A DNA stretch of 64,000 nt from NCBI RefSeq assembly GCF_030028105.1, contig NC_092379.1:91499006-91563005 (forward strand), given 5' to 3'. The stretch is from Mobula birostris (Eukaryota). The notes under the pieces are model-generated. The model saw nothing but the letters and a program-made list of their open reading frames with translations, made no database searches and was not told the DNA's origin. Below, piece after piece: positions 14,452-28,539 of this stretch. How positions within the stretch are numbered: position 1 is the first letter of the stretch; the number at the start of each line of letters is the position of its first letter. The position numbers and the translations under genes are program-made.

Positions 14452-14460
14452 TACACAAAA
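14196..14460. mobile_element. Possible short solo LTR containing a microsatellite
   Basis: Starts TGTTA, interrupts CR1 sequence, imperfect flanking repeat ttacc/ttatc. Confidence 0.45.
14388..14449. repeat. Compound (TA)n(CA)n microsatellite
   Basis: Seen directly. Confidence 0.97.
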
Positions 14461-14858
14461 TTATCCTTCAAGTTATCTTTGGGAATTTCCCTACCACTGA
14501 AGAAGACACCAGTCCACAGTCTCTAGGATTACCTTCATTCCCTTCTTGAACAATGGGACAACATTAGCTATTCGCCAATCCTCTGGGACCTCGTCTGTGG
14601 CTAGTGAGAACTAGCCAGTGAGAAATGACAAGTAGCTGGTGGGAAATTTGCTACGATCCATCATCAGAGGCTCTATTAGGAGAAGATCAAAGACACTAAA
14701 TTGCTAGTCATTCTGAACTATTACGCAAAAATATGGACATGGCATTATATAGGTGGATTGTGGTAATCAACAAAAAAAAATCATGATGCAAGTTGATGAA
14801 GGAATGATCGGGGTCGATGTGGGCTAGACATTATGAAATTTGAGAAATTTGGGTGCTA

Positions 14859-15091
14859 TGGGCAAGGTTGAATGGAAAACTGGCAGTTGCCCATGCTGCA
14901 AGTCTCCCCTCTCCAGACCACCGATGTTGTCCAAGGGAAGGGCATTAGGACCCATACAGCATGACACCAGTGTCGTCACAGAGCAATGTGTGGTTAAGTG
15001 CCTTGCTCAAGGATACAACATGCTGCCTCAGCCAAGGCTTGAACTAGCAACCTTTAGATCACTAGACGAACACAACCACATAGCCACATGC
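14859..15091 (-). mobile_element. tRNA-derived SINE, same family as 6709-7010
   Basis: Reverse complement of the head, CORE-like and body segments. Confidence 0.85.
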
Positions 15092-16584
15092 TTGACCACT
15101 TGTCCTGTGATTAGGCTGGTGTTAAATAGGTGGGTGGCTGGGTGGTACAGCTTATTGGTTTGTCCTGTAGTGATAGACAGATAGATAAACAAGGCTAATA
15201 TTAGTTGCAGAGATGAGATGAGATGGTAACACGTGACGCAATGGAGGCACTTAATGGAATTGACAGACTAGATCAGGAAGGCTGCTTCCATCTTTTAGGG
15301 AAATTTATAATCAAAGCCTTAACATGAATTGAGATAATGAAAAAAAACTTACCTACACAGAAATCTATAGATACAAGGTCAATTGAAAGGTAATGAATGA
15401 TTACTTGAGAATTAAAATATTAGTCCAAATAATCCAGCACTGCCTGTTCTACCAGGAAGTCAAATTACAATAATGACTGTAACAGGCATTTATGGGGCTC
15501 CTTTAATGCAATAACATAATCTGCGATCCCACAATTACTGTTCTGTATATTTCAGTGCAACATGTTAAATATCTACATATAAAATAGATAAGTTATATAA
15601 CTAAGCATCATAGATTTTATATGATGTGGGAGGGGGTGTTAAGATAGAGAGAAAGAAAAAGATAGAGACAAAATCCAGTTGATGTAGGATCAGTCTGCAA
15701 CAGATGATGGATCCCAAGTTTTTCTGCAGAATAATTGCAATCCAGTTACTTAACTGAAATCTCACCAGGTATATCCTTGAACACAAATTCCTTTGCAAAA
15801 TGATGCGGTTTCACTCGATGACCTTTTCATCTGAAGATGGAGGTTAGTAGTATTGATTATCTCTACAATCAACTGGTTATACACTGCGAAAATCTGAACA
15901 ATGGGATCAAAGTGAGACTTTAACCTAAGAAGATCTGCCATGCTTTCACTTGGCCTAATTAGGCCACTAAAATAAGAAACTTATTTTCAAACTATGTTGT
16001 TTGCTGGCTTTAGGAATGAAACATTCCTTGATCTTTACAAATTACTTGCTTCTAATGAACACTGGAACAGACCACTACTGTTAAGTGCCTTAATCCAAAA
16101 TAACATCCTATGCAATCCCAAATTGAGACTGGCTCAGCCAAAATAAAGAATGACTAGAATTAAATAAAAATTCTGATTTTTTCCCATTCTATTCTATCTG
16201 GTTCTACAGACAATTTGAATTCTCTGATATGGTCAATTTTTCATGTATAAGCTTGGGCAGAAAATAGTAGTTAGTTTGTTCACTGTGAGAAGTCATGCAG
16301 TTAGTTTATTATGTGACACATTTGAGGGCAAGTCCAAATTTAACCTCATTGCACATCCGCAGGACAAGTGGCTGTCAAGACTGAAGACAGACTAAATACA
16401 GTAACTCCAGCAACAATGAAAACACATGCAAATCTGCCCAGTATAATTCAGTCATCTCAGCACCGACTAAATTTAGTACTGTAAGAGGCAATATATTTGC
16501 CAAAGAGCAATTAAACACAAGACTACTAGAAAAAGGAACAGAAGCATCCTATCCTTTGTGCCTGCTCTGCCTTTTAAGGCCATC

Positions 16585-17186
16585 TGAGTGTTATACTTTA
16601 TACTTTATTGTCACCAGACAATTGATACTAGAATGTACAATCATCACAGCGATATTTGATTCTGCGCTTCCCACTCCCTGGATTACAAATATTAAATATT
16701 AAAATAGTAAAAATCAGAAAATATTAATATTTGAAAATTATAAATCATAAATAGAAAATAGAAAAATGGAAAGTAAGGTAGTGCAAAAAAAAAACCCAGA
16801 GGCAGGTCCAGATATTTGGAGGGTACGTCCCTGATCTGGGTCAGGATCCGTTCAGCAGTCTTATCACAGTTGGAAAGAAGCTGTTCCCAAATCTGGCCGT
16901 ACGAGTCTTCAAGCTCCTGAGCCTTCTCCCAGAGGGAAGAGGGACAAAAAGTTTGTTGGCTGGGTGAGTTGTGTCCTTGATTATCCTGGCAGCACTGCTC
17001 CGACAGCGTGCGGTGTAAAATGAGTCCAAGGATGGAAGATTGATTTGTGTGATGTGCTGCGCCGTGTTCACGATCTTCTGCAGCTTCTTCCGGTCTTGGA
17101 CAGGACAACTTCCATACCAAGTTGTGATGCACCCTAGAAGAATGCTTTCTACGGTGCATCTATGAAAATTAGTGAGGGTTTTAGGG
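16585..17186 (-). mobile_element. Rex1-like LINE 3' end, relatively young
   Basis: TAQHITQINLPSLDSFYTARCRSSAARIIKDTTHPANKLFVPLPSGRRLRSLKTRTARFGNSFFPTVIRLLN plus 3'UTR. Confidence 0.85.
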
Positions 17187-17879
17187 GGTTTTATTTTCCT
17201 GCACTAGTACAAACTCCCTGATCCACTCAATACACAGAAATCCATCGATCTCTGTTTTGATAGAACAACAAGTGAACTTCCACAACCATCTGAGGTGGAG
17301 AATTCCAAAGATTTTCACCCCTTTGAATGAAATAGATTTCTCATCAGCCAGTTCCAAGAAGCCTTCTCTTTATTCGGAGACTGTGACAAAGCTATACCTC
17401 TTTTCATATTATTCAAGGGGTTGATGTGCTTTAGCGTTCCCTCAAACTTGTCAACTAAAATCAAAACAACCCAAAGGTATCAACAATGATGATAAAAATA
17501 CATAACAAGACTCACAGGATTTAAAATATGAATTATCAGATTTATAACTGCTGTCTTTCCTTCCTTTGACGCCAAGACCCTTTATATTTCCTGTGCAGTG
17601 AGTTAAATATGTCCTTAAACAGCCAACAGGCTGTTGTCAATCTATCAACAAATATGCTTTGAGGGAGGAAGGAGCTTCAGTACATTGTGTGTATCCATCA
17701 CATAAAATCAACACTATGAACACATACAAACTAATTTGTCATGACTTACCACGTTGCCAGACAAAATATTTCTGCTGGCAATATAATGTTCATGTTGCAT
17801 ATATGACATACTTGATGTAAGCAAAATAAACTCAAAACTCAAATTAACTATTCCTTTTTTGTGACGAAGTTAAGAATCT

Positions 17880-18480
17880 TTTTCTGTAGTGTCACTCCTA
17901 ACTGCTTTGGGAAAGAGCCTGATGATTCATAAATCTGAAACCCTCCCTTCTGCACCGGCTCCTTGGCCATGCATCGAACTGCCGTATGTATTTATTTCTC
18001 ACCTCACTAACACATGGCAAGAGTAGTAATCCCAAGATTACAACCTTGGAAGTCCTATTTTCTAACTTTCTACCTCGCTCCCTGAAATCCCCTTGCAGGG
18101 TCTCAAGGCTGCCCTTGACTGTATCACTGGTACCTCTAGATGTTGATACTCCTTTCTCAGAATGTCCTTTACCCACTGAAAGGCATCCTTGACCCTGGGA
18201 GGCAATAAGCCATTCTGGAGACTCGATTATAGCCACAGAAACATCTATCTGTGACCCTTGCTATTGAGAACCAGGCACGGTGCCACTAACCAAGCTATTG
18301 CTGCTGGCTTTTGAAGGGGTATTCCCCTGCAAGAGTATCCAAAGAGGTATGCATACCTGCTACTAAGGTGAATGGCTAGAGAGCAATCCCGCATTGTCTG
18401 CTTACTCCCCTTACTTTCCCTGCAGCTTGCATCTGAGGTGTAACCGCCTCACTAAAAACTCTCATCTACTATATCCTCAT
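17880..18480 (-). mobile_element. CR1 ORF1 fragment (SGNH esterase-like domain), degenerate
   Basis: GRKLENRTSKVVILGLL...RNKYIRQFDAW...CRREGFRFMNH resembles the CR1 ORF1 esterase. Confidence 0.7.
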
Positions 18481-19140
18481 GAAGAGAAGATGGCAGCGTG
18501 CAGTGGCCACTCCGGAATGAATATCTGTCATCTGTCAAGTAGGAGGCCGTGCACAATCCTGATTTGATGGAGACAGACGTGAGAAGCACGGAGGAACATC
18601 TGGTGAAACTTCTGAAATGCCTGTTTTGCTGCCGCTGCTACTGTGCGATCCAGAATCTCCGGAGGAGAAGGCCCCGAATCCTCGGCTTTGCCTGTTGCTT
18701 GGTGGCCGTGGCTGGGGTCGAAGCGCTCGGCAGAGATGGTGCTCGGTGTCGGAGGGCTGGTCGGATGCTTGAAGTTTTCGGATGGACTCAGAGTTGGCTG
18801 TGGTCGGGTGCTTCCAGGGTGCTGCATCAAGTTTGTGGCACTGGAGGTTCACGGCAGGGAGTTTTTCTTCCTTCTACCGTCTGCGTGAGATGATGAGACT
18901 TTCGAGAGACTTTGAGACTTTTTTTTACTGTGCCCATGGTCTGCTCTTCATCAAATTATGGTATTGCTTTGCACTGTTGTAACTATATGTTATAATTATG
19001 TGGTTTTTGTCAGTTTTAGTCTTGGTCTGTCTTGTGTTTCTGTGATATCATACTGGAGGAACATTGTATCATTTCTTAATGCATGCATTTCTAAATGACA
19101 ACAAACGAGGACTGAGTGTCCTCATAATCTAACCTAATCT
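18481..19140 (+). mobile_element. Non-autonomous retroelement with GC-rich 5' part and (CTAAT)n tail
   Basis: Starts AAGATGGCAGCG; CpG-retaining body; T-rich LINE-type 3'UTR; tail taatctaacctaatct; splits the CR1 ORF1 remnant. Confidence 0.6.
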
Positions 19141-21325
19141 CAGCCTCCAGCTCCCCGACCTGATCCGTCAGGACCTACAAGCGATGTACTTCCCACAGAT
19201 GCAGCCATCAGGGAAGCCATGAGATTCCCTGACCTCCCATCATGAAGGATATCTTCAAAAGGTGATGTCTCAAGAAGGACATTCATCATCCAGGACATGC
19301 CCTTTTCTCACCACTACCATCATGGAGGAGCTACAGGGGCCTGAAGACCCACGCTCTACATTTTCAGAACAGCTCTGTCCCTTCCGCCAATGGTCCCTGA
19401 ACCTATGCACACTCCCTCATTATTATGCTCTCTGTTCGCATGATTGATTTTTATAGTCTTATGGTAACTTCCAGCAATTTATGTATTGTTAAAAAACAAA
19501 GTATTGCTGCGGCAAAACAACAAATTTCATGACATACATCAATGATACTAAACCTGAGGCAGATTCTGACGAGCATTCCACTTCCCAGACGCCACTTTGT
19601 CACATTACATCAATCGGATAAATTTAGTTCTTATGTAGGTTGTTTCAGCAATGAGCAGGAAGACAGGAAATCGCTTCTCAAGAGTTGCTTGTCCTTGTGG
19701 AGTAGAAGAGGAAGAGTTAAACTTGGGGTATCGAAAGCAAGGACATACCAGAGAAAAGGTTAGAAAACAGCTTTGTTTTTTTAATTGCTTGAATCTGACA
19801 TTAACCTTTTATGAGACTATAAAAAAGGTGCTGAATGATTAAAATGGGATCATGGTCATCTAAACAGGAAAATGAACAAATCGACGGCCAAAGAACAGAA
19901 GTTATAAACAGTACCGGAATCATGGTCTTGCCCAACTTAGTGCTGCCTTTTCAGTAAAAGCTACAAGAAGTTGAATCAATGAGGTATAACCTGTTCTACC
20001 TTACCAGTCTCTTTACATTACGTAAAGATCTCAGACAGCCTGTCCCACCCCTTACATTTTCATTGACACTTCATTCTAATTTAGATGAGTTATGCTCTAC
20101 ATCCATGCTATCTCCTCCTTCTGCCACCAACCCACATGAGTGAAACTTTACAGCACACAACAAATTCCTCTTTCCCCCAACCAACCAACACATCCGTGGG
20201 ATGTGGAAGGAAACCACAGCCCCCAGGAAAAACTTACACAAAGGGACAACTTGTGAGCTCCACAGAGACAGAGATCAGCTGTAAGGCAGTAGCAGAACCT
20301 GCGGCACCACTGTGGTGGACTTAAGCTCATCACTCTCAAGCCAAGTGCGAAATTCTCTCACACTATGATCATTCTTCCCTCAAGATTTTCTTTTAAAAAC
20401 AGAGATCAATAATTAATTCTGCCTCATTAGATGACCTGATCTAAAATTGCCTGTTCCCTGGTTGGTTCAAATGATTTTGATGGAAAAACAATTCTGTCTA
20501 CTTATCCACAACTTGATTCTCCCTGTCTCTACTAACAGCCCTTTATTTACTGCATTCCCTTCATCAGGAACCATCATCATTTCACATTTGGGGGACTTTT
20601 CAGCAGCTGGTGGTAGGGGCCCTGAGCAAACACCTGTAGAGTTACCTCCTACTCTGCCAGTGTACTGAACAAAATGCAGCCCTCTCTCTGAAATGCACTC
20701 AGCTCTAGGACTGGATGCACCCCTTAGCTTTGATAGATTTAGGAACACTATGAGAAAACTATAGGAAGCAGAGACCCAATAGTACAGGAACAGGATCAAG
20801 GACTGTGTTGGGTGTTTGAGGACTGTGTGGGAATAGCAACTTATGTTCTGTGTTTGCACAGGAGATAAAAATCTCAGAGCTTAGAGACAACATGGGAGAC
20901 TGTGTTTCCTTGAGTTAAGAGGCACCATAGGAGACAGAGGCCCATGAATACGTCGGTCAGGATGGGACACAAAGTGTGTGTAAATCACAATGCAGATTTT
21001 TCACTGGTTAAACTGCATGAACTAGTGCACATGCATAAGGGTTAACAAGTCTTTGCAGCAAAGTCCGCTCTCCAAGTCAGCTTGGACCTCCTTGCTACGG
21101 GATCAGTAGCTCATTTTGTCAAGCTTGTATGGTTGCTGGTGTACAATGGAACGCCCCACAGTAAAAGAATTCATGCACAATTATCTTCCACGCAAGTCAT
21201 CCATAACCTAAGTGAAACTGCCTAAGAGACTACACCCACTAATGTTTACTACTGCTTGCTTTTCTTAATCTCTGGCAAGTCTTATTCTACTTCCTGATTT
21301 TCTGACCCAAGATCCTTTCTCATTA

Positions 21326-22531
21326 CAGGTTGAGTACCCTGTATCCAAAACTCTAAAATCTGAAAACCCCCACAATTTTTTGAGCACTGACATGACGTCA
21401 CAAATGGAAAATTCCCCAAGGCACTGGGATGGTTCCCAGGCGACGTGCAAGTCTCTGCAGACTAGACACAGTGCTGAGGAGTGACCTCCATATGTAATAA
21501 ACAGAAGTTAATGAAAAATTTAAAAATGCTGCATAAAGCAAAAAATGAAGATCTCGATCGTGTATTGAAAAAGTGGATTCATCAGCATCAGAGTGAACAT
21601 ATGCCACTTAATGGAATGCTGATCATGAAACAAGCGAAGATCTATCACGACAAACTGGAAATCGAAGGTAACCATGAATATTCAGCAGGCTGGTTGCAGA
21701 AATTTAATAAAAGGCATGGCATTAAATTTTTAAAGATTTAAATTTTTTTAAGGTAAGGTGGCTGCTGATCACGAAGCAGCAGAGATAGTCATTGATGAAT
21801 TTGCAAAGATCGTCACTGATGAAAATCTTACAACAGAACAGTCTACAATGCTGATTCTTTTATATCTTACATAAAACCCTAAAAAAATTCAAATACAGTG
21901 TACTGTAACCTTTTAGTCAAAACACAGCATTGTAAGTGGAGTCTGAAAGCCCGTTGTTTGTTGTTGTTCAACAGCTGATTCAGGTATTCTCTCCTGATGC
22001 TGCTGTGCTGCTTTTGTTACCCTGTGCACATTACACTTCCATTATATTATTGGTGCGTGTTGGCGCATGGCCAAGTGGTTAAGGCGTTCGTCTAGTGATT
22101 TGAAGGTCGCTAGTTCGAGCTCGCCTGAGGCAGCGTGTTGTACCCTTGAGCAAGGCACTTAACCACACATTGCTCTGCGACGACACTGGTGCCAAGCTGT
22201 ATGGATCCTAATGCCCTTCCCTTGGACAACATCGGTGACGTGGAGAGGGGAGACTTGCAGCATGGGCATCTGCTGGTCTTCCACACAACCTTGCCCAGGC
22301 CCACGCCCTGGAAATCTTCCAAGGCACAAATCCATGGTCTCATGAAACTAACGGATGCCTATAATAACTTTTACTGTTAAGTACATATGTGTAATGAACA
22401 AGTGTAAGACAAAGACTGCTTACTGGTAGCACATAAATTCAGAGTCAGAAATGATCCCAAGCTATCTCATTATATATTCCAAAATCAGATAACTGGCCTC
22501 GAGCATTTCCGCATAAGGGATACTCAACCTG
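21326..22531 (+). mobile_element. Tigger/pogo DNA transposon, internally deleted
   Basis: TA|CAGGTTGAGTA...TACTCAACCTG|TA; CENP-B-type HTH remnant (ORF 21481-21741: LDRVLKKWIHQ..MPLNGMLI..QAK..SAGWLQKFNKRHGI). Confidence 0.9.
22060..22361 (+). mobile_element. tRNA-derived SINE nested in the Tigger element
   Basis: Closely similar to 6709-7010; B-box-like AGTTCGAGC. Confidence 0.88.
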
Positions 22532-23936
22532 TACTATATTAATGGCATACCTTATTATCAGTTCCCATCCAACCCACTTGTTTTTTTTTCATTCTTCCTA
22601 TAGTTTAAAAAGTTAAATACCCTGGAATATTCAATTGCATGCCTTGGTCCCCTTGTATTTACACTTTAATGATTATTGGATCAACTCATTTATCTCTGAG
22701 CCAGTAATTGACTTATGTTATTACTATTACTTCAGGAATTCAGACACAGAGCCATTAACTGTACCATTTTTCACCCTCACCCACCTTATCGTATTTGCTG
22801 TTAGCTGTACTTTCAACATTTGTTTATTGTTACACAAACCACACTGCTAACATTTGATTAATATTCCTCTTACAACTTCCTCTTAGCTGCATTGTCACCC
22901 TCCCTTCTTTAAGTATTTAGCTCAAGGTCTTAACTTCAGAGCTATTATGCAACTTAGCCAAAATGCAACACCTCGCATAACTAACAGTTTTAAAAAGGTG
23001 AACTCATTTTTAAGTAATGCAGGTAGGCAATCTGAAGTAACAGATGTCTGTATTTCTCTATCAGCCTAAAGGTTCAGGTGATGTTCATAAACTGCTGGAA
23101 CAGAACCCCTCAGATTATCTTTTCTGACATGTCCTGTTACAAATGTACTCTGTAACTATTGATATTGGGGAAATGGTTTAAATTAAGCCCTCTACAAGAT
23201 AAAAACTTTCTTGACAAATAACATTGTTAGCTGGAACATCCTGGACAAAATCACAATAGTACACCACAGGAACAAGTTATTCGATCCACACTATTATATT
23301 TTACTTATCCAGTCAGTTTTATCCTAAACCTCTGTTTATGCTAATTTTATGCAAATTTCCCTTTTATGAAATAATAGAATGTGGAAGAGTACCACACAGG
23401 AAAAGGCCCTTCGTCCCATTCTGTCTGTACTGAACACAATGCCGAATTAAACTAAATTACTTCTGCCTGCACCTGATCCATATTCCTCCATTCCCTGTAG
23501 ATTTGTGTGTCTAAAGGTCTAAACACCATAATGGTACTTGTTACCACCTCTCCCCTAGGCACCTACTGCCTTTGTAAAAGAAAACTTACCCTGTACATCA
23601 TCTTTCAGCTTACTTCTTCTTACTTTAAATGCATGCCGTCTAGTACTCATAGTATTCGTCAGTAGTTTTATAAACACTGAGTACAAAAGAGAATAAGATC
23701 CTATCCTAATCATAGGGACTGATTGGCAAATTTATATCAGTTGATATTTGTTTTCATGATTTATGCAATAGATGGAACTCTAAATCTATATTACATCCTT
23801 CTAATTGATTTACATGAATCCAGGCTTCCATGGTTTAGAATTCTGACCTCACCGACACAAGGTTGCCCTGGTGGTTGGGAATCATGGCTTCTAAGCTTCG
23901 AAAGAAAAGTATGAAAGTAATAATGTTAACACACCA

Positions 23937-24352
23937 ATGGTCATCCGAGTCTCCAATGTCCAGGGTCACAAAAAGCTGCAGGGGGTTGTAGAATCAGCCA
24001 GTTCCATGACAAGCACAACCCTCCCCACCACTGAGGACATCTTCAGCAGTAGTGCCTCACGAAGACTGCGCTTCAAAAAGGCGGCATCTATCATTGAGGA
24101 CTCTCACCTCCCGAGACATGTTCCCTTCAGCATTACCACCATCAGGGAGAACGTATACAGAAGCCTGAAGGTCCACACTCAAGAACAGCTTTTTTTCCCC
24201 TCTGCCTTCAATTTTCTGAAAAGTCCATGAACACTACCTCATTATCTGTCTTTGGCACTCTTATTTATTCCTGTAACTTACAGTAAGTTACACCTGGGCT
24301 GCCACAACACAAACTTTACTAGATATGCCAGTAATAATAAACCCGATTCTCA
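23937..24352 (+). mobile_element. Rex1-like LINE 3' fragment
   Basis: KKLQGVVESASSMTSTTLPTTEDIF...KKAASIIEDSHLP; 3'UTR with aataaa. Confidence 0.75.
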
Positions 24353-27037
24353 CTCGGTATGGCTGATGGAGAATCAAAGTTGCTCACACAGGTTTCATGA
24401 ATGTTTAGGTATCTTTGTGCATTGAAATCTGCACCCAGGATCAATTCCAATGCAATTCTAAACAACATATCTTTCAGATTATGTGAAAACAAAGAACACA
24501 ATTAGCTGAACTGTTTGTTACACTCGCTAATAGTCTATTAGTCCTGAAGCAGAGAAATAAAAACTTGTAATTGTATAGAATGTTTCTGGACTTGGAGATT
24601 TCCAAACTGTTTCAAAGTCATTCCATTATTTTTGTATACAGTAATTCATTAACCAAGACAGTCAATCTGAACGTTGCAAGGTCAAGCAAGCAGTATGAGA
24701 TGAAATAAGTTAATATTGCTGACACACTTCTGTGAATTTTAAAGGAAGCTTCCAAAATCCAAAATTAAGCACTAGGTTTTTATTGTCCTCTAGACTGAGA
24801 GACAAAATGAGAATTTTCAGAATTATGAAAGCTAAACGTAAAGAAACAACTTATGCACATCCTAGCAGAAAAAACAATAAGATTTTGACAAATTGGAAAA
24901 ATAAATATAAATTCTTACATGAACGGTAGTGTGAATGAAGAGCTTGCAGCCACATAGAGTGAATGGATCAAACAGCACTGATATGCCAGGGGATGGTTGG
25001 TGCTGGAATAAGGGAAAGGCAACACAGATATTTGGGCAGGGTTGAATAGTATAGGTATAAAGGTAGGAAGCTTGTGTGGAGTTTAAATACTTTCATGGGT
25101 CAGGTTTATAGAATGAGCTGAAATACAAATGTGTACAAATGCCATGTAATTGATATACAGATTAGCATTAAAAATATAATGAAGCTTTGTGTCTTAAATC
25201 TGAAACCAGTTCTGGCTTTCAGTTGAACATATAACCTTATTTTCTATTGTATTTTTGCAACGTCAAGTCCTTTCAACAAGTTGGCACTGGCTGATATGAC
25301 GTATTTTTTCTTGTACCTGCCAAACCAATCATTATGCTGAATGCAGGATTTTAGCCGAGGTTGCAGTATTGCTAATGATAAATTAAAAGAGAGAGATTCC
25401 CAAAGGGAAGGAGCACAGTGTCTATGAGGTTAAAAACAAAAGTTCTAAGTAGAAATTGCAAGTCGAAAAGAACGTGAAGGGGCAACTGAGATTCTATAGT
25501 TTATTCTTTGCATGTTGAAAATAAAAACAAGGAGGTGTCACAGAATATGTGAAGACGTTGGTTAATTCACATTAAGAGATTCAAGCCTTGGCAAGGGTGT
25601 GATGAATATTAATCAGAATGACAGAAATTACATAATAGTACAAAGACAAAACAGATTTAGGTATAGTATACTTTTCTCACTTCTCAATAAGAAATTCAGT
25701 AAGTGGATGGTTTCAAGAAATAACTTGTTAAAAACAGTAGATTAAGAAAGTTTGAGCCCAGTCAGTTAATTAGCAAATAAGGGAAAAGTACAATTGTTAG
25801 AACAACTATGCAATCATTACAATTAATGGACATAAATTATATTAGATGTGCGCTGGTTCACTTTAACAGCAATTGCGAAATAACGCCACTAAAAGGATTA
25901 AAACAAATTAGAGTTAAGATTAGAATTGATAACTCCAATATAAATGTTAGTATTGGCATCACAAGCCAAATTATCCCCTATGATCCTAAGAGAGTTTAGT
26001 ATTCGTCACATAACTTGGAACAATTTTTAACTGGCAGGAGTTCGAAATGCAAACCTGTTTTTATAAGGCATCAGGATGGTTAGCACAACAAAGAACTCTT
26101 TTCTAAAATACAAGTTGAAATACATTGATGAATTAGTTAAAAGCTACTTTCATTATTTATATCAAATGAACATTTGTTAACTTTGCAAAATACCAAGGCA
26201 CATCTTTTCCAAAGTTCATTAATTTTGTTATTTGCCCCATTCTAAAGTAATTCAAATATTCAACTGTCCAGTAAACTTCACATTGTTTTTTACTTAGCAC
26301 AACAAAATCTGTTAAACTATATGGTGTATTATGATTAAAAATGTAAATAAAATTTCCATCATCTCACCTACAGTAGCTAAGTCAAATTTTATATATACTT
26401 ATTTTTGCAAGCAATGACGCTCAATTCCCGTGCTTTGCCATTTGTACGAAAGCGATTTCAGTCTTTAAAAACTGGCAATTCTTCCTGCCTATGCTTTACA
26501 AACGCCTAATGCATGTTTTCAAATATTATTGCAACACAGGTATCTCATAACACGTATCTCCCGGTGAAAGTTGCAACATACATTGCGTCACTTTCAGAGA
26601 ATCTCAGTAAGGTGGCAAGATGCATTCTTGAAAATACGATCCCTATTTTCGATATATAAATTTACCCATTAGAATAAAATTTAGGTAAACTGGACGGTTT
26701 TGACTCCCACTGATGTATCTTGGAAATTGCAAGTCCGTACATCAAATTGTTAATATCACAGCATGGCATTGAGTAATCTCAGAGCCGAGATGTAGAAGTG
26801 ATGAAGGTGATCCCCACTGGCGTGAACCTCACACCGAACTCACGGGAACAGTGACAAATAATAATCCACAAACCCTCTACTTCGGAAGGATTATCATTAG
26901 CCACACACTGTCCACTTTACATCTGTTTCAGTCACTGTCCAGACTAAATTATTCATAGTATGGTTTGCATCGGAAGGGGATCTCACCCGCGACAAGTAGT
27001 TATGATTGCACAATTCTTCAGTTTAAATTTCACTTAC

Positions 27038-27300
27038 TTTGAAGTACAGGGTACACCCGAACTCCTCTCCGAAGAAGATCTAATCCTTTCTGCTCACTTT
27101 CTTCCGCTGGTTCCGGAAGCGAATCTTGGAAAACTTTTTTTTATATATCTGAAGGCTGAGAAAAAGCCATGCGGCCACCTGGGGGCCGAAAGTAGCTCCG
27201 AATCCACTCCAGTACAACCAACTCCTCCCTCCGAGCCAGCTGAGACATCCTTCTGGGTTTGATTCGCCAGCTTGCTCCGTAACCAAGAGAGACGTCACGG
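27038..27300 (-). promoter_or_regulatory. Promoter and non-coding first exon (about 27118->27038) of a minus-strand gene running off the left edge; SYTL4 expected by synteny only
   Basis: CpG-rich patch. On minus: TGACGTC (27297-27291), TATATAAA (27147-27140), CCGGAA/CGGAAG sites, and a perfect donor |GTAAGT at 27037-27032. Confidence 0.55.
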
Positions 27301-27449
27301 AGCCAACTCTGCCTCTCGTTGAGTACTTGGCGAGATATAACCTGTTGCCTACTTGTCTCTGATTGTGGTTTGATTTTTGCACTCCTGATTTTGGTTTGCA
27401 CAGGCTTCTTTTCACCATCTTGTGTCTTGTTTCAAGCCACGTTGTTTAT

Positions 27450-27612
27450 GTAGCGGTATCCGCACCCAGATTTAGGAATAAGTGGTCGTGGGTTCGAATT
27501 CGGGCGGCTCCGTGCAGCTTTCCATCCATCGCGTTTGCTGCTCTACTCGGCCTCGTGAAACAGGCAAACAGTAAAGCCGTCTGATGCACAAGGCGCGGGG
27601 AGAAACGAACCT
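27450..27612 (+). mobile_element. Short tRNA-derived SINE remnant
   Basis: B-box GGTTCGAATTC at 27491-27501 with upstream GTAGCGG; no full cloverleaf. Confidence 0.5.
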
Positions 27613-28539
27613 TTACTTTTACTTCAAGCTATTTGCCTGAGATGCTGCTGAAAGCAAGTTAATTTTTATCGTACCTGTATCTCACCAGATCTGTAATTCA
27701 CGATACGAGTGCACTTGATAATCCTGATTTTTGTTGCCGTGAGGTGAAAATCCTGGCGGCATATATTAATCCTCATCAAGGCACGAGTGTGAGCACCACT
27801 TGTAAAACGACCAGAGAAGCGAGTGCTGGGAGTAGCAAGTGTCAAACTGCCCCATCAAGAGACAGGAGGCCGCATTTACTGGCATCCAGAGCAAAAAACC
27901 CCTACCTGCTGCATCTCGATCCAGGGCCTCCACCTGAAACACTGACCGCTCTATTCCCTTCACAGATGCTGCTTAATGGCTGGAATCCTTCAAGTTTTTG
28001 TTTTGACCAAAACATTGCTAACTGTGGCAGGAAGTGTTACCGGCTGGCTGGGGGAAGAAGCCGGTAACAGTTCGGTTCTCAGTCACATCCTCACCTCCGA
28101 ATGTCAGGCCTTCGTATCCCAGACAGCTATGGACCTCATAGCTCTTCCCTCCAGAGCTTCATTCATAGTACAGGAAGTCCCACAATTATGAAGGGGTTCT
28201 GATCTTGCAAATATTTGTAACCTAAACTATTTGTAAAGTGGAAATGGACAAAAACAGCAATGGGAAGGATCACAGCGAAAGCTGGGTAAGCAGACGCGGG
28301 CTGAGTGGCTACAAGCCAGCCTCAGCGACTCAGTGAGAGAATGGGCCTTGTCAGTGCTCTCTGCTCTGCCCAGCTCCACGCACACCCAAGTTGTTGCAAC
28401 AGTGTGTGGGGAAATGTGGAAAGGAGACACGCAGAATTGCCCCGTTCACACCTGACAGAAAATAACCCGCAAACCTTGCAGCAGCCCGCAAATGCATCCC
28501 CATACAGACACATGGCTTAATCCACTAATTCTCTTTCAA

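Larger units (their letters stand above)
12822..14605 (-). mobile_element. Degenerate CR1 LINE with nested V-SINE (about 13120-13320) and LTR-like insert
   Basis: Reverse-strand RT remnants (tcatctgcaaact = KFADD); agaacataga tail at the left. Confidence 0.75.

Noticed and set aside
18528-18982. Cluster of overlapping ORFs / CpG island gene
   Set aside because: Within a retroelement-like insert with a tandem tail; no splice or domain support.
21481-21741. TIGD/CENP-B/JRK-like host gene
   Set aside because: Sits between TIRs with TA TSDs and is truncated with no DDE domain.
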